Shown one piece after another: positions 1 to 8,482 of a DNA stretch of 41,140 nucleotides (the stretch's first letter is position 1; each line of letters starts with the position of its first letter). Made by a program: the position numbers and the translations under genes. The notes under the pieces are model-generated. The model saw only the letters and a program-made list of their open reading frames with translations. It ran no database searches and was not told the origin of the DNA. Source of the stretch: Candidatus Pacearchaeota archaeon (lineage in GTDB: Archaea; Nanobdellota; Nanobdellia; Pacearchaeales; GW2011-AR1); assembly GCA_016866975.1 (NCBI GenBank), contig VGKP01000007.1:1-41140 (forward strand). Reading direction: 5' to 3'.

Positions 1-110
1 CCGATGAAAACCACACCTTTCAAGGTGTGGTGGTTCCCGAGCATCTCCAAAAACGAGCGCCTGCAACAAACCTCGGCTTTTAAGCCGAGGTGGCGCATCG
101 TTTTTGTGAT
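1..110 (+). repeat. Double-hairpin repeat element, type A copy (5' end cut by window edge)
   Basis: 109/110 identical to 13671-13780; hairpins ACCACACC-TTTCAA-GGTGTGGT and CCTCGGC-TTTTAA-GCCGAGG. Confidence 0.9.
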
Positions 111-133
111 GTTAACTCATAGTTTTTCGCGGT

Positions 134-505
134 ATGCACTTGAGCATATCCTTCAAGAACGATGCTACTATTTTGCAGGCTTGGATGAGACTAGTAATGT
201 TGAGAATAGACGACTTTTTCGATGTGGTAGTTACTGCTGCGGATGTTAGAAAACAGAAAACTTCTACTGCCCCATTTAAGATGGCTTTAAGAGAACTTGG
301 AGTGGAGCCAAATGAAGCAATGATGGTTGGAGATAGAGTTGAGAGAGATGTGAATACTGCTAAAAAATTGGGTTTGAAGACGTGTTATGCTAGGTATGGC
401 GAGCGGAGAGCGGGCAAAGAGCCTTTGGAGAAAGGCACAAGCGGGGCTGATTTTGAATTAGAGGATATTTCTGATTTATTGGAAATTACAAAGAAAATTG
501 AGTGA
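134..505 (+). pseudogene. HAD-superfamily hydrolase, C-terminal half only
   Basis: LQAWMRL..FFDVVVT..K..PF..AL..LG......MVGDRVERDV..AK.LG motifs; no N-terminal DxD motif; in-frame TAA at 113-115 just after the repeat element. Confidence 0.7.
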
Positions 506-536
506 AAAAAGATATAACTATTAAGTAGTTAAAAAA

Positions 537-550
537 GAAAGGTTTATATA
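537..550 (+). promoter_or_regulatory. Archaeal BRE-TATA promoter
   Basis: GAAAGG-TTTATATA upstream of ATG 572. Confidence 0.6.
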
Positions 551-571
551 CCCTCATGTGAGCTAAAAGCC

Positions 572-1492
572 ATGATTAAATACAGAAACATGGTAGATGT
601 ATTCAGGTCAGATTTTAAACTTCCACCAATAGAAATGGACATTCCGAGGTCTAGGAAAGTCGAAATACCTACCGCGCAAATTGATGATGAGGAATTTAGC
701 GAGTTCGGGCAGTTAAGCGAAATATTAATCTGTCCTGGAAGTAATATTATAGCAGAATTAGCTTATAATGGAAAAATACAATGCAGGAATGATGAGTCTG
801 AGGCGTCTAAAATGGCCCTCGAGCCCCAGGATTTCCCAGTAATTAACCCTTTATTTCACTCTGAAAATCTTGTTTCTTCAGCCAAGGGAGTATATACTTT
901 TAAAACAAAATTGGCTGTGTGCAGAAAAGTTTCTCTCCCGTCTGTTGAAGATATTAAGAAAAGCTTGCCTTCTAAAATAAGGTCAAAGTATGTTTCTAGT
1001 ATAACTCTGCCTGAAAAACTTAGAAGAATAATTCCTGATTCAGGAAATCTAGAAGAAATTCTTGGAGAAGTAGCAATATATCTGCCGTTAATATTCAACG
1101 ATAATCCCCGAAAAAGTGGATATTTTTCATTTAAGGCATTGATGGAAGAGTTTTTATCTATTGGAAAAATAAGCGGTGACTGCAAGGCAGTAAGCACAGT
1201 CACTGCCGCAATCTTGAACTCTCTGGGTCTTCCAGCCAGAACAATTTCAGGTTCAATAACCGCTTTAAAAGAAGGTGCTCCTGCAACAGGCCATGCTTGG
1301 ACAGAAACCTATATTCCAGGCAATGTATTCGGAGGATATTGGATCCCTGTAGATATGGCTATGGGGACAATTAAAGACTATCCCTTTCATGGAAGGAGAT
1401 ACACGCTCAACGGAGCACATTTGCCAAAGTTCTTGAATGAAGGCGCTAATACTGCAAGTCTTAAATTACAATATACAAATTCCTTAGATTAA
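572..1492 (+). CDS. Transglutaminase-like (Cys-His-Asp) domain protein
   Basis: GDCKAVS..AAILNSLGLPAR, GHAWTETY, WIPVD motifs. Confidence 0.8.
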   Translation: MIKYRNMVDVFRSDFKLPPIEMDIPRSRKVEIPTAQIDDEEFSEFGQLSEILICPGSNIIAELAYNGKIQCRNDESEASKMALEPQDFPVINPLFHSENLVSSAKGVYTFKTKLAVCRKVSLPSVEDIKKSLPSKIRSKYVSSITLPEKLRRIIPDSGNLEEILGEVAIYLPLIFNDNPRKSGYFSFKALMEEFLSIGKISGDCKAVSTVTAAILNSLGLPARTISGSITALKEGAPATGHAWTETYIPGNVFGGYWIPVDMAMGTIKDYPFHGRRYTLNGAHLPKFLNEGANTASLKLQYTNSLD

Positions 1493-1527
1493 CTTATGAA
1501 AAGAATTTTTACAGAATAAATTTTTTA

Positions 1528-1649
1528 ATGTCAAGGAACTTGACTAAAACTCCAGCTTTTAAGCTGGAGTTGTTCCTTGAGCATCCAAAAAACGAGCGCC
1601 TGCAACAAACCTCGGCTTTTAAGCCGAGGTGGCGCATCGTTTTTGTGAT
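1528..1649 (+). repeat. Double-hairpin repeat element, type B copy
   Basis: TCAAGGAAC..AACTCCAGC-TTTTAA-GCTGGAGTT..GTTCCTTGA; 3' half identical to type A. Confidence 0.9.
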
Positions 1650-1673
1650 ATACCTCAATTATAGTTCTTTACT

Positions 1674-2108
1674 ATGAAAGAAGTAAGAGAAAGCTTGTCA
1701 GGGTACTTTTTCAAAAAAAGAACAATAAATGATATAAAAAGAGCCAGGCAAACTTTGTTAAATTCAGATTTTTCTGATATAGACCGGCCAGAATATGATA
1801 GGTGCTTGGGAATTTTAGATAAAGATGAAAAAAATTTTAAGCTGTTAGGCAGTTGGTATCCTAATGTGATAAGCCTTTTAGGCATTATTGGAACAGCAAG
1901 CCATTTATATCGCTATATATCTCAAGGAGACGAAGATATTTCCACTTTGGCCTGAGCAACATTTATAGGGCTATCAACTATTTCATTCGGAGAATCATTC
2001 AAAGGATTTATATCAATTTATACTCGCAAGCATGTAACTGATGTGAGACTGCTGCATATAAATATTGAAAATTATTTCAGAGAGTCTGACGGAGAGCTTG
2101 AAAATTAA
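1674..2108 (+). pseudogene. Hypothetical membrane protein with internal TGA at 1953-1955
   Basis: Frame stays open for 50 more codons (ATFIGLSTISFG...) after the TGA, continuing a hydrophobic segment, to TAA 2106-2108. Confidence 0.45.
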
Positions 2109-2151
2109 TGCTCTCTGCCAAGCTATCTGTTTTTTTAAGCAAATTAAAAAA

Positions 2152-2376
2152 TTAAAGATAGATTTTTGCTGAGCCGAATTTACCAAGGAAGGGCCCTTTG
2201 CCTTTTGGCCCGTGGCAGTCAGAGCCGTATGTGTTTATAATTCCTAGTTTCTCTGCAAGTGATGCAAAGTAGTGGTTGATAAGGCTTTGACTGGCCGCGT
2301 GGTCTTTGTCGTTTCCTTTGTAATTGTATAATTCGACCCCATCTAATCCATGAGCTGCAAGATCTTTTAATTTCAC
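2152..2376 (-). pseudogene. C-terminal fragment of a PHP-family phosphoesterase
   Basis: GLDGVELY...LAEKLG...GSDCHGP C-terminal PHP motifs; N-terminal HxH motif absent. Confidence 0.7.
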
Positions 2377-2617
2377 CTTTTTTTATTAAGTGGGCTGCTG
2401 CCCCATTCATGCAGATTACCCCAGAATTTGAAACTCCTTCAATAACGTATGTTTCCAATCTGGCTCCGCTTGTTACACTTACAACTAATACTTTCTGACC
2501 TGCCCAGAGTCCAGACTTTTCTATTAAATCTTTATCGATAGTAATGCTTCCAACATAATTAACATTGGCTTCAGTAACAGTTGCGAGATGAATCTTAGAA
2601 CATATCATTTCTCTCAT
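2377..2617 (-). pseudogene. panD: Aspartate 1-decarboxylase, C-terminally truncated and fused out of frame to the PHP fragment
   Basis: SKIH.ATVTEA...YVGSITID, RLETYVI, ICMNGAAA; GGAGGTG RBS before ATG 2617; homology ends at KKGE. Confidence 0.8.
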
Positions 2618-3212
2618 TTTTCCCACCTCCTTTTAGTTTTTTACACATAATTGCCCATGTATAACCCTTATTATCTCGCCTTTCCCCAATTTTTTTAAAT
2701 CCTAAGCCTCTGTGAAATCTCATAGAAACTTCATTGCTAATTCCCAAAGGAGTTTGCGTGGCTATCTCACCAATTACATAATGATATCCCTTCTCTGATA
2801 ATTCTCTATAGAATGAACTTTCAATTGCAATCGTAACTCTCCCAGAAACGCCTTTTTTCTTAGCTATGTGCCTTAGATAAACGTAATTATCTTTCAATAT
2901 AAATTGATGCTCTCCTGTAACGTATTGACCCAACTGTTCTCCGCTTTGTTCTAACCAGCAGCTTTTTGTGTAAGCTGCTATGTATCCTTCAGCTCCTGAA
3001 CCATTGTCATAAACTCTTAAAAATTTATTTCCATTATTTAAGAATCTCTCAATTTCTTCTTTTCCCATCAAGTTCACAAGAAATCCCTCTTTCCTTGCAA
3101 TATCGGGATCTTTTGTTAAGATGTTCTGTTCTTGCTGAATTTGGAGTATTCTTTCTATGTCTGATAGTGTCAATGCCCTTACAGCCTTTTCGTTTATTTG
3201 TGTTCTTTCCAT
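2595..3212 (-). CDS. GNAT-fold acetyltransferase-like protein
   Basis: VYLRHIAKKKG..GR, SMRFHRGLGFKKIG C-terminal GNAT pattern; overlaps panD start. Confidence 0.6.
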   Translation of the reverse strand: MERTQINEKAVRALTLSDIERILQIQQEQNILTKDPDIARKEGFLVNLMGKEEIERFLNNGNKFLRVYDNGSGAEGYIAAYTKSCWLEQSGEQLGQYVTGEHQFILKDNYVYLRHIAKKKGVSGRVTIAIESSFYRELSEKGYHYVIGEIATQTPLGISNEVSMRFHRGLGFKKIGERRDNKGYTWAIMCKKLKGGGKNERNDMF

Positions 3213-3325
3213 GTCACTTTATGACTTTTTGTCACAATAGAGTAACAAAGATAATAATAAAACTATTTTAGATAATGTTTGTCAAATAGCAATATTTATA
3301 TAGCTAAATAGATAATAGTTAAATT

Positions 3326-4297
3326 ATGGACTTAAAAGATAAAAAACTGCTGTATTTACTTGATTTGAATTCAAGGGCGAAAGAATCAGAATTAGCAAAG
3401 CAACTTAATACCAGCAAACAAGTCGTAAACTACAGAATTAAAAAGTTAGAACAAGAAGGAATTATTAAAAAATTTCAGACTGTGCTTAACCTTGGTTCTT
3501 TGGGAGTCAATATCTATGCAAATGTTTATTTTAAGTTGACAGATTTGAATAAGAAAAATGAAAAAGAGTTATTAGATTTTCTATTAGATAATCCGGATGT
3601 AGGATATATTGGTCTAATGGGTGGAAGATATGACTTATCAATAGTTTTGACTGCTAAAAATCTACAAGAATTAGATAAAAGTTTAAGTAATATCGTAAAA
3701 CGTTTTCCAAATTACTTGCGAAACTACAATATCTCTTTAAGACTGGCAGGATACAAATTTCATAAAAAATATCTTGTTGAATCAAAAATTAAAGAAGAAA
3801 AGAAAATAATGCATAATGAATTCTCAGCAATCAAGTTAGATACAATTGATAAAAATATTTTACTAATGTTAACTGATAGTTCTAGAATACCCTTAGTAGA
3901 AATTAGTGAAAAAATAAATATTCCATTCTCTACCGTTAGAACAAGAGTTAAAAATCTTGAATCAGGGGGGATCATATCAGGATATTCGCTCTTGTTTGAC
4001 TTAAATAAAATCGGAATGAACAATTATAAACTTTTTATTAATGCTAAAGACAAATCTGAGGAAGTTAGCCATAAATTGTTTTCTTTTGCAGAATCACATA
4101 AAAATATTATTTGGTTTTTTAAAACATTGGGCGAACACGACTACGAATTTAGAATTGAAGCAGAAAGTCTAGAGAAATATCAGGAAATTATTAAGGAAAT
4201 TCGCTCTGAATTTGTTGATGCATTAGAAGAAATAGAAACATTGATAGTATTCAAAGAATTAAAAGAAGATTATGGTGCAATTTTGAGTAAGAAATAA
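3326..4297 (+). CDS. Lrp/AsnC-family regulator with tandem duplicated wHTH+RAM units
   Basis: Two copies: LDLKDKKLL..NSR...ELAK..S.Q.V.YRIKKLE..GII and LD.IDK.IL..L...SR.P...IS.........RVKNLE..GII. Confidence 0.85.
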   Translation: MDLKDKKLLYLLDLNSRAKESELAKQLNTSKQVVNYRIKKLEQEGIIKKFQTVLNLGSLGVNIYANVYFKLTDLNKKNEKELLDFLLDNPDVGYIGLMGGRYDLSIVLTAKNLQELDKSLSNIVKRFPNYLRNYNISLRLAGYKFHKKYLVESKIKEEKKIMHNEFSAIKLDTIDKNILLMLTDSSRIPLVEISEKINIPFSTVRTRVKNLESGGIISGYSLLFDLNKIGMNNYKLFINAKDKSEEVSHKLFSFAESHKNIIWFFKTLGEHDYEFRIEAESLEKYQEIIKEIRSEFVDALEEIETLIVFKELKEDYGAILSKK

Positions 4298-4531
4298 GAA
4301 AGTTCAGATTTTGGGCTAGAGTAGAGAGAAATTTTGCTTTAAACGTACCTCGAAAAGACAAGGTAGATAAGTTCAGAAACAATCAGAGTGAAAATGCACC
4401 AGATAGATTTGTCGCCTATACTAAAGATGAAAAAGGCAAGAAAACTATTTTGAATTAAAACTATTGTTTAAGATATATTATTCTAAGATCAAAAAGGAAG
4501 AAATTAAAAATAGCAGAGTTAATCTAAACTT

Positions 4532-4639
4532 ATGGAGTTTATCAGAGCTTTTGAGAACCTTACAAGAAATGATGTAAAAATAGCCGGCGGTAAAGGAGAA
4601 TATCTTTTAACTGAGATGGAAAGAACGCCTCAGGGATAA
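4532..4639 (+). pseudogene. N-terminal remnant of PEP synthase / PEP-utilising dikinase
   Basis: MEFIRAFENLTRNDVKIAGGKGEYLLTEM resembles the PpsA N-terminus (..F..L...DV..AGGKG..LGEM); stops after 35 codons. Confidence 0.6.
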
Positions 4640-4779
4640 GTACAATCCCACATTTGTCTGGATTATAAATTTCGTCAAGTGCTTTCTCCAGTGTATCCTC
4701 TGAGATATTAAATATCTGATTTCTCATGTAAAAATCCTTACTCTAAAGTGTTTAATTGTATGTAGTTTGATATGTTAAA

Positions 4780-4852
4780 TGGGGTATCTGGGAATCGCAC
4801 CCAGGCCGCCGCCACCCCATGGCGGAATCCTACTAAGCTGGACCAATACCCC
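4780..4852 (-). tRNA. tRNA-Pro(GGG)
   Basis: Cloverleaf: GGGGTAT/ATACCCC, GTCC/GGAT, CCGCC/GGCGG with loop ATGGGGT, CTGGG/CCCAG; CCA not encoded. Confidence 0.9.
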
Positions 4853-5064
4853 ATAAGGGAACTACGTTGCCCTTATCAACCCTCCTTATAATACTCCATA
4901 AGGGAACTACGTTGCCCTTATCAACCCTCCTTATAATACTCCATAAGGGAACTACGTTGCCCTTATCAACCCTCCTTATAATACTCCATAAGGGAACTAC
5001 GTTGCCCTTATCAACCCTCCTTATAATACTCCATAAGGGAACTACGTTGCCCTTATCAACCCTC
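4851..5064. repeat. Perfect 45-bp tandem repeat, 4 full copies plus a 34-bp partial copy
   Basis: Unit CCATAAGGGAACTACGTTGCCCTTATCAACCCTCCTTATAATACT at 4851, 4896, 4941, 4986, 5031. Confidence 0.95.
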
Positions 5065-5114
5065 TCAAAAATGTAGATGGGAGGGTTTTTAAATGAATTC
5101 TATTCGTTTCTTAT

Positions 5115-6242
5115 ATGAGATTTGAGATTATAGCAAAAGACGATAAAACAAAAGCAAGGACAGGAAAATTGATGACAAAATCAGGGCCTATTGAAACACC
5201 ATTCTTCATGCCTGTGGCTACAAAAACTGCTGGAAAGCATATATCTAGTGATGACTTAGAGATTATGCAAGCTGATACCATAATTTCAAACTCTTTTATA
5301 CTGTTCTTGAGACCAGGAGTTGAAGTGATAAAGAATAAAGGTGGCATTGCTAAGTTTATGGCCTATCACGGAAAAGTTTTCACAGATTCTGGAGGATTTC
5401 AGATGTATTCTCCAGCATTATACTTAAGTTCTGAAGAATTTGGAGTAAATTTCAGAAACCCTTATAGTGGGGAAAAAATATTCATGACACCTGAAGAAAA
5501 CATGGAGATACAAATTGGACTTGGCAGCGATGTTGCAATGTGTCTAGATACAATGCCTATGATAGAAGAATCAAAAGAATCAATAAAAGAGGCAGTGAGA
5601 AAGACTACTCTTTGGGCCAAGAGGTGCAAGAAGCATCATGATTTCGTCCAAAAAGATATTCCTGATTCTAATAGGCAGATTCTGTTTGGAATAATTCAAG
5701 GAGGTATTCATAAGGATCTTAGAGAAGAATCGGCCAGAGAACTCTTAGCCATTGATTTTGAAGGGTATTCAATTGGAGGATTAGCATTGGGAGAGCCTAA
5801 AAAAGATGAATATAGAATGATTGAAACTGTCAAGAGTATAATTCCTGAAAATAAACCTATATATCTTATGGGTATAGGTCATCCTTTGGAATTGTTGGAA
5901 GCAATCTCCAGAGGAATAGATATGTTTGATTCTCGTTTTCCTACAAAATCAGCAAGACATGGGACACTATTTACATCATCTGGAAAAGTCACAATAACAA
6001 ACCTTCAATACAAAAATGACTCTAATCCTTTGGATCTTGAATGTGATTGTTTTGTATGCAAGAAATATGGCAAAGCCTATCTAAGGCATCTTCTCATAGA
6101 GGAAGAACCTGTAGGTATGAGATTTGCCAGCTATCATAATCTCTTCTTTTTGCAGAAACTAATGAGGGATGCGCGGGAAGCGATTAAGGCAGGGACATTT
6201 TCAAAATTGCTTGAGAAGTATAGAAAGATTTACACGGAATAA
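5115..6242 (+). CDS. tgt: tRNA-guanine transglycosylase, bacterial (queuine) type architecture
   Basis: TP.FMPVAT, TDSGGFQ, CLD, GIIQGG, IGGL..GE, YLMGIG, DMFDS..PT, CxCxxC..H zinc site; 375 aa, no C-terminal PUA domain. Confidence 0.9.
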   Translation: MRFEIIAKDDKTKARTGKLMTKSGPIETPFFMPVATKTAGKHISSDDLEIMQADTIISNSFILFLRPGVEVIKNKGGIAKFMAYHGKVFTDSGGFQMYSPALYLSSEEFGVNFRNPYSGEKIFMTPEENMEIQIGLGSDVAMCLDTMPMIEESKESIKEAVRKTTLWAKRCKKHHDFVQKDIPDSNRQILFGIIQGGIHKDLREESARELLAIDFEGYSIGGLALGEPKKDEYRMIETVKSIIPENKPIYLMGIGHPLELLEAISRGIDMFDSRFPTKSARHGTLFTSSGKVTITNLQYKNDSNPLDLECDCFVCKKYGKAYLRHLLIEEEPVGMRFASYHNLFFLQKLMRDAREAIKAGTFSKLLEKYRKIYTE

Positions 6243-6628
6243 TTATTCTTTAGTTTTATGAATGCATAGAAAAATAAGTAAGAGGTTAATGAAAAATATC
6301 ATATAGATTACAGACCTTGATGATGTGTACTTCTCTTAATTAATGATAAAACTGGGATTGTAGCAAAATATTGAAACTCATGAAGAAGATTTTGAAAGCC
6401 TCAAAGAAGGCTTACAAGGTTTTTGAAACTCTTAAAGATTATTTACAGAATTCGATTTTCAACTATTTTTCTTTGAAAAAATAAATATTAATAACTACAT
6501 AATAGTAACAAATAGAAAGATCTAAATAGACTTCGATTCAGCTATTTTAATGAAGAAAGACAAATCCCAATTAGGATACGTTAGTAATTGGATTAATAAA
6601 AGAAGTCAGAAACCAGAGGTAAAATAAA

Positions 6629-7039
6629 ATGGCACTCTTAACAAGAATATTTGGAAAAAGAATACAAGGAGAAGACTTAGACAACGTTTTAAAAAATCTA
6701 GGGCATAGATCCGCTGAACAAGAAATGCGTCCACTGGAAAAGTGGACAGCTTCATATCATGGTAGACTTAGAACTAAAGTTAAAGGTGATGGAATCGAAG
6801 TTGACTTATATCTTTTTAGAGAAATGTACCATAATAATGATGGAACTATAGGTTTAGATTTTGAAAATGGAGGCACACCTATGCAAACAAGTTGCGGAGG
6901 AAGACGGTCTAGAGAAGAAAGATTTTATACCCGTGATGTGAAACATTATCAAGGATTAATTCCATATTCAGACTTAGCTGAGGAACTTACATCCTTGGTC
7001 GGTCATAAAAGCGCTTTAAATAGAAGTGCTAAAAAATGA
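6629..7039 (+). CDS. Hypothetical protein
   Basis: 136-aa ORF with GAGGT RBS upstream; no recognisable motif. Confidence 0.6.
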   Translation: MALLTRIFGKRIQGEDLDNVLKNLGHRSAEQEMRPLEKWTASYHGRLRTKVKGDGIEVDLYLFREMYHNNDGTIGLDFENGGTPMQTSCGGRRSREERFYTRDVKHYQGLIPYSDLAEELTSLVGHKSALNRSAKK

Positions 7040-7151
7040 GAACTAATACCTGCAGCCATTGGCAAGAATCCAATGAAGGACTTTAATAATAAAGATTTTA
7101 AAATATTTTAATAAATCCAATTATTATGCGGCTCTTGTCTCATTTTTTCAT

Positions 7152-7718
7152 TTAGTGCTCCTTGAGATACTTGATTAGGTCTTGACTCATGAGAGGTTCT
7201 CCTTTCACTATTGCATAACGATATGGCAGAATTGTAGATTCAACGTCATTTATCCTTATCTCCACTTCATCCTGGAATTTAATTTTATCAAATGAAGTCC
7301 CTTCTATTATCTTTTTCACTGTATAGACAGCATTGTCCGTGCTCATCTGCATCTTACCTATATTAAAAGATGGAAGGCCTGGAATGAATCTTGTCAACTC
7401 TTCTTGTGTTCTTTTTCTCGGAGGATTGTCTCCCAGGATGCCTCCGAAGATGAAATATTTGAAAGGTCTTGCATTTTGAGGTGAGAGCAAATGAGGAGAT
7501 TCAGGATCTAAGATACAGGCATCATTAAGACCTAGTTCTTTGACTGATTCCTTGGAGACTTTTCCCAATGAAGAGAGTGTTTCTCGATCTTTCAAGTCTT
7601 TGACGTTTGTGAAATGGAGATTTTCTTTTCCTACTATCTTGGAGATGTGTGTGTATTCTATGAGTGTCCATTCACCTACTTGTGGTTCTAAGTGTTCTAT
7701 GATGAAGATTTTATTCAT
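7152..7718 (-). CDS. SPOUT-class SAM-dependent methyltransferase, Sfm1-like
   Basis: IIEHLEP..W..IEY.HI, LDP, FIFGGILGD.PPR.RT, QMSTD.AV; start set at MNKIF. Confidence 0.75.
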   Translation of the reverse strand: MNKIFIIEHLEPQVGEWTLIEYTHISKIVGKENLHFTNVKDLKDRETLSSLGKVSKESVKELGLNDACILDPESPHLLSPQNARPFKYFIFGGILGDNPPRKRTQEELTRFIPGLPSFNIGKMQMSTDNAVYTVKKIIEGTSFDKIKFQDEVEIRINDVESTILPYRYAIVKGEPLMSQDLIKYLKEH

Positions 7719-7772
7719 ACTTGTGTATAATAAAACTAATTTAAAAATCATTCGTGATCAATATTAAGGAAA

Positions 7773-8249
7773 CTACTTTTTGTTCTTAGTAACTTTCTCC
7801 CACCATGTTCCAAATCCCCAAACTTTTCCTGTATCGCTATATGCTAGGACGAGAAAAGCGAATAGATAGATGATATGATCATCGATGAATGGATGGTTTG
7901 TTGGTGGAAGAAGTGCAGACCACATGAGTAAAGACATTGCAGCTCCTGAAAAACATCCTAGACGTGTAGCAATTCCAAATGTGCAAGATATTCCTATTCC
8001 TAAAAGACCAAGCATAAATAACCAGGCTACGATGTCATAGGGGGCAATCGTATTGTAGAACTCTTTTAATGGGCCATGGACAGCTTTTGATAGGAATCCG
8101 AGTGTTGGAGATACGCCGTTTATCCAAGCTTTACCAGATTGAGTGGCAAATCCTAGTCCGAACAATTTATCAAAAAATGCCCAGAGAAATAGAAGACCGA
8201 GCGAAATTCTTAAGAGCGCTAAATAAACCTCTTTTTTTGTGTGCTTCAT
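7773..8249 (-). CDS. DoxX/DoxD-family membrane protein
   Basis: LLRISLGLLFLWAFFDK, GLLGIG..TFG..TR.G, several TM segments. Confidence 0.8.
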   Translation of the reverse strand: MKHTKKEVYLALLRISLGLLFLWAFFDKLFGLGFATQSGKAWINGVSPTLGFLSKAVHGPLKEFYNTIAPYDIVAWLFMLGLLGIGISCTFGIATRLGCFSGAAMSLLMWSALLPPTNHPFIDDHIIYLFAFLVLAYSDTGKVWGFGTWWEKVTKNKK

Positions 8250-8338
8250 ATACTTGAATATCTTACATCTTCTTAAATCTTTTTATAAGGTGATTTTGAG
8301 AGAAAAGCTTAAAGAGACTCTTTTCTCGATAGTGTTGT

Positions 8339-8420
8339 GCCCAGATCGCATAATGGCATTGCGCCGCACTCGAAATGCGGTTTCCGCAAGGATCTCGAGG
8401 TTCGATTCCTCGTCTGGGCG
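8339..8420 (+). tRNA. tRNA-Ser(CGA)
   Basis: GCCCAGA/TCTGGGC, CCGCA-CTCGAAA-TGCGG, long variable arm TCC-GCAA-GGA, CGAGG-TTCGATT-CCTCG, G73. Confidence 0.92.
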
Positions 8421-8482
8421 TTTTCCTGGATTAATAAGATCGAGAGAGTTAAAATTAAATAAGCCTTAATTAGAGTAAAAAC

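Noticed and set aside
4-249. 81-aa ORF (also 12927-13145)
   Set aside because: Translations of the non-coding repeat elements.
1953-1955. Alternative genetic code with TGA as a sense codon
   Set aside because: TGA ends several well-defined genes here (msrA, MBL hydrolase, Fur, RpoB), so code 11 holds.
4851-5064. Repeat array as a CRISPR
   Set aside because: Units are contiguous and identical with no unique spacers; no cas genes in the window.
4867-5076. 69-aa ORF with PLSTLLIILHKGTTL repeats
   Set aside because: By-product of a 45-bp (15-codon) unit; TTG start, overlaps the tRNA promoter zone.
5115-6242. Archaeosine TGT (arcTGT)
   Set aside because: No C-terminal PUA extension; motifs follow the bacterial queuine-type enzyme.
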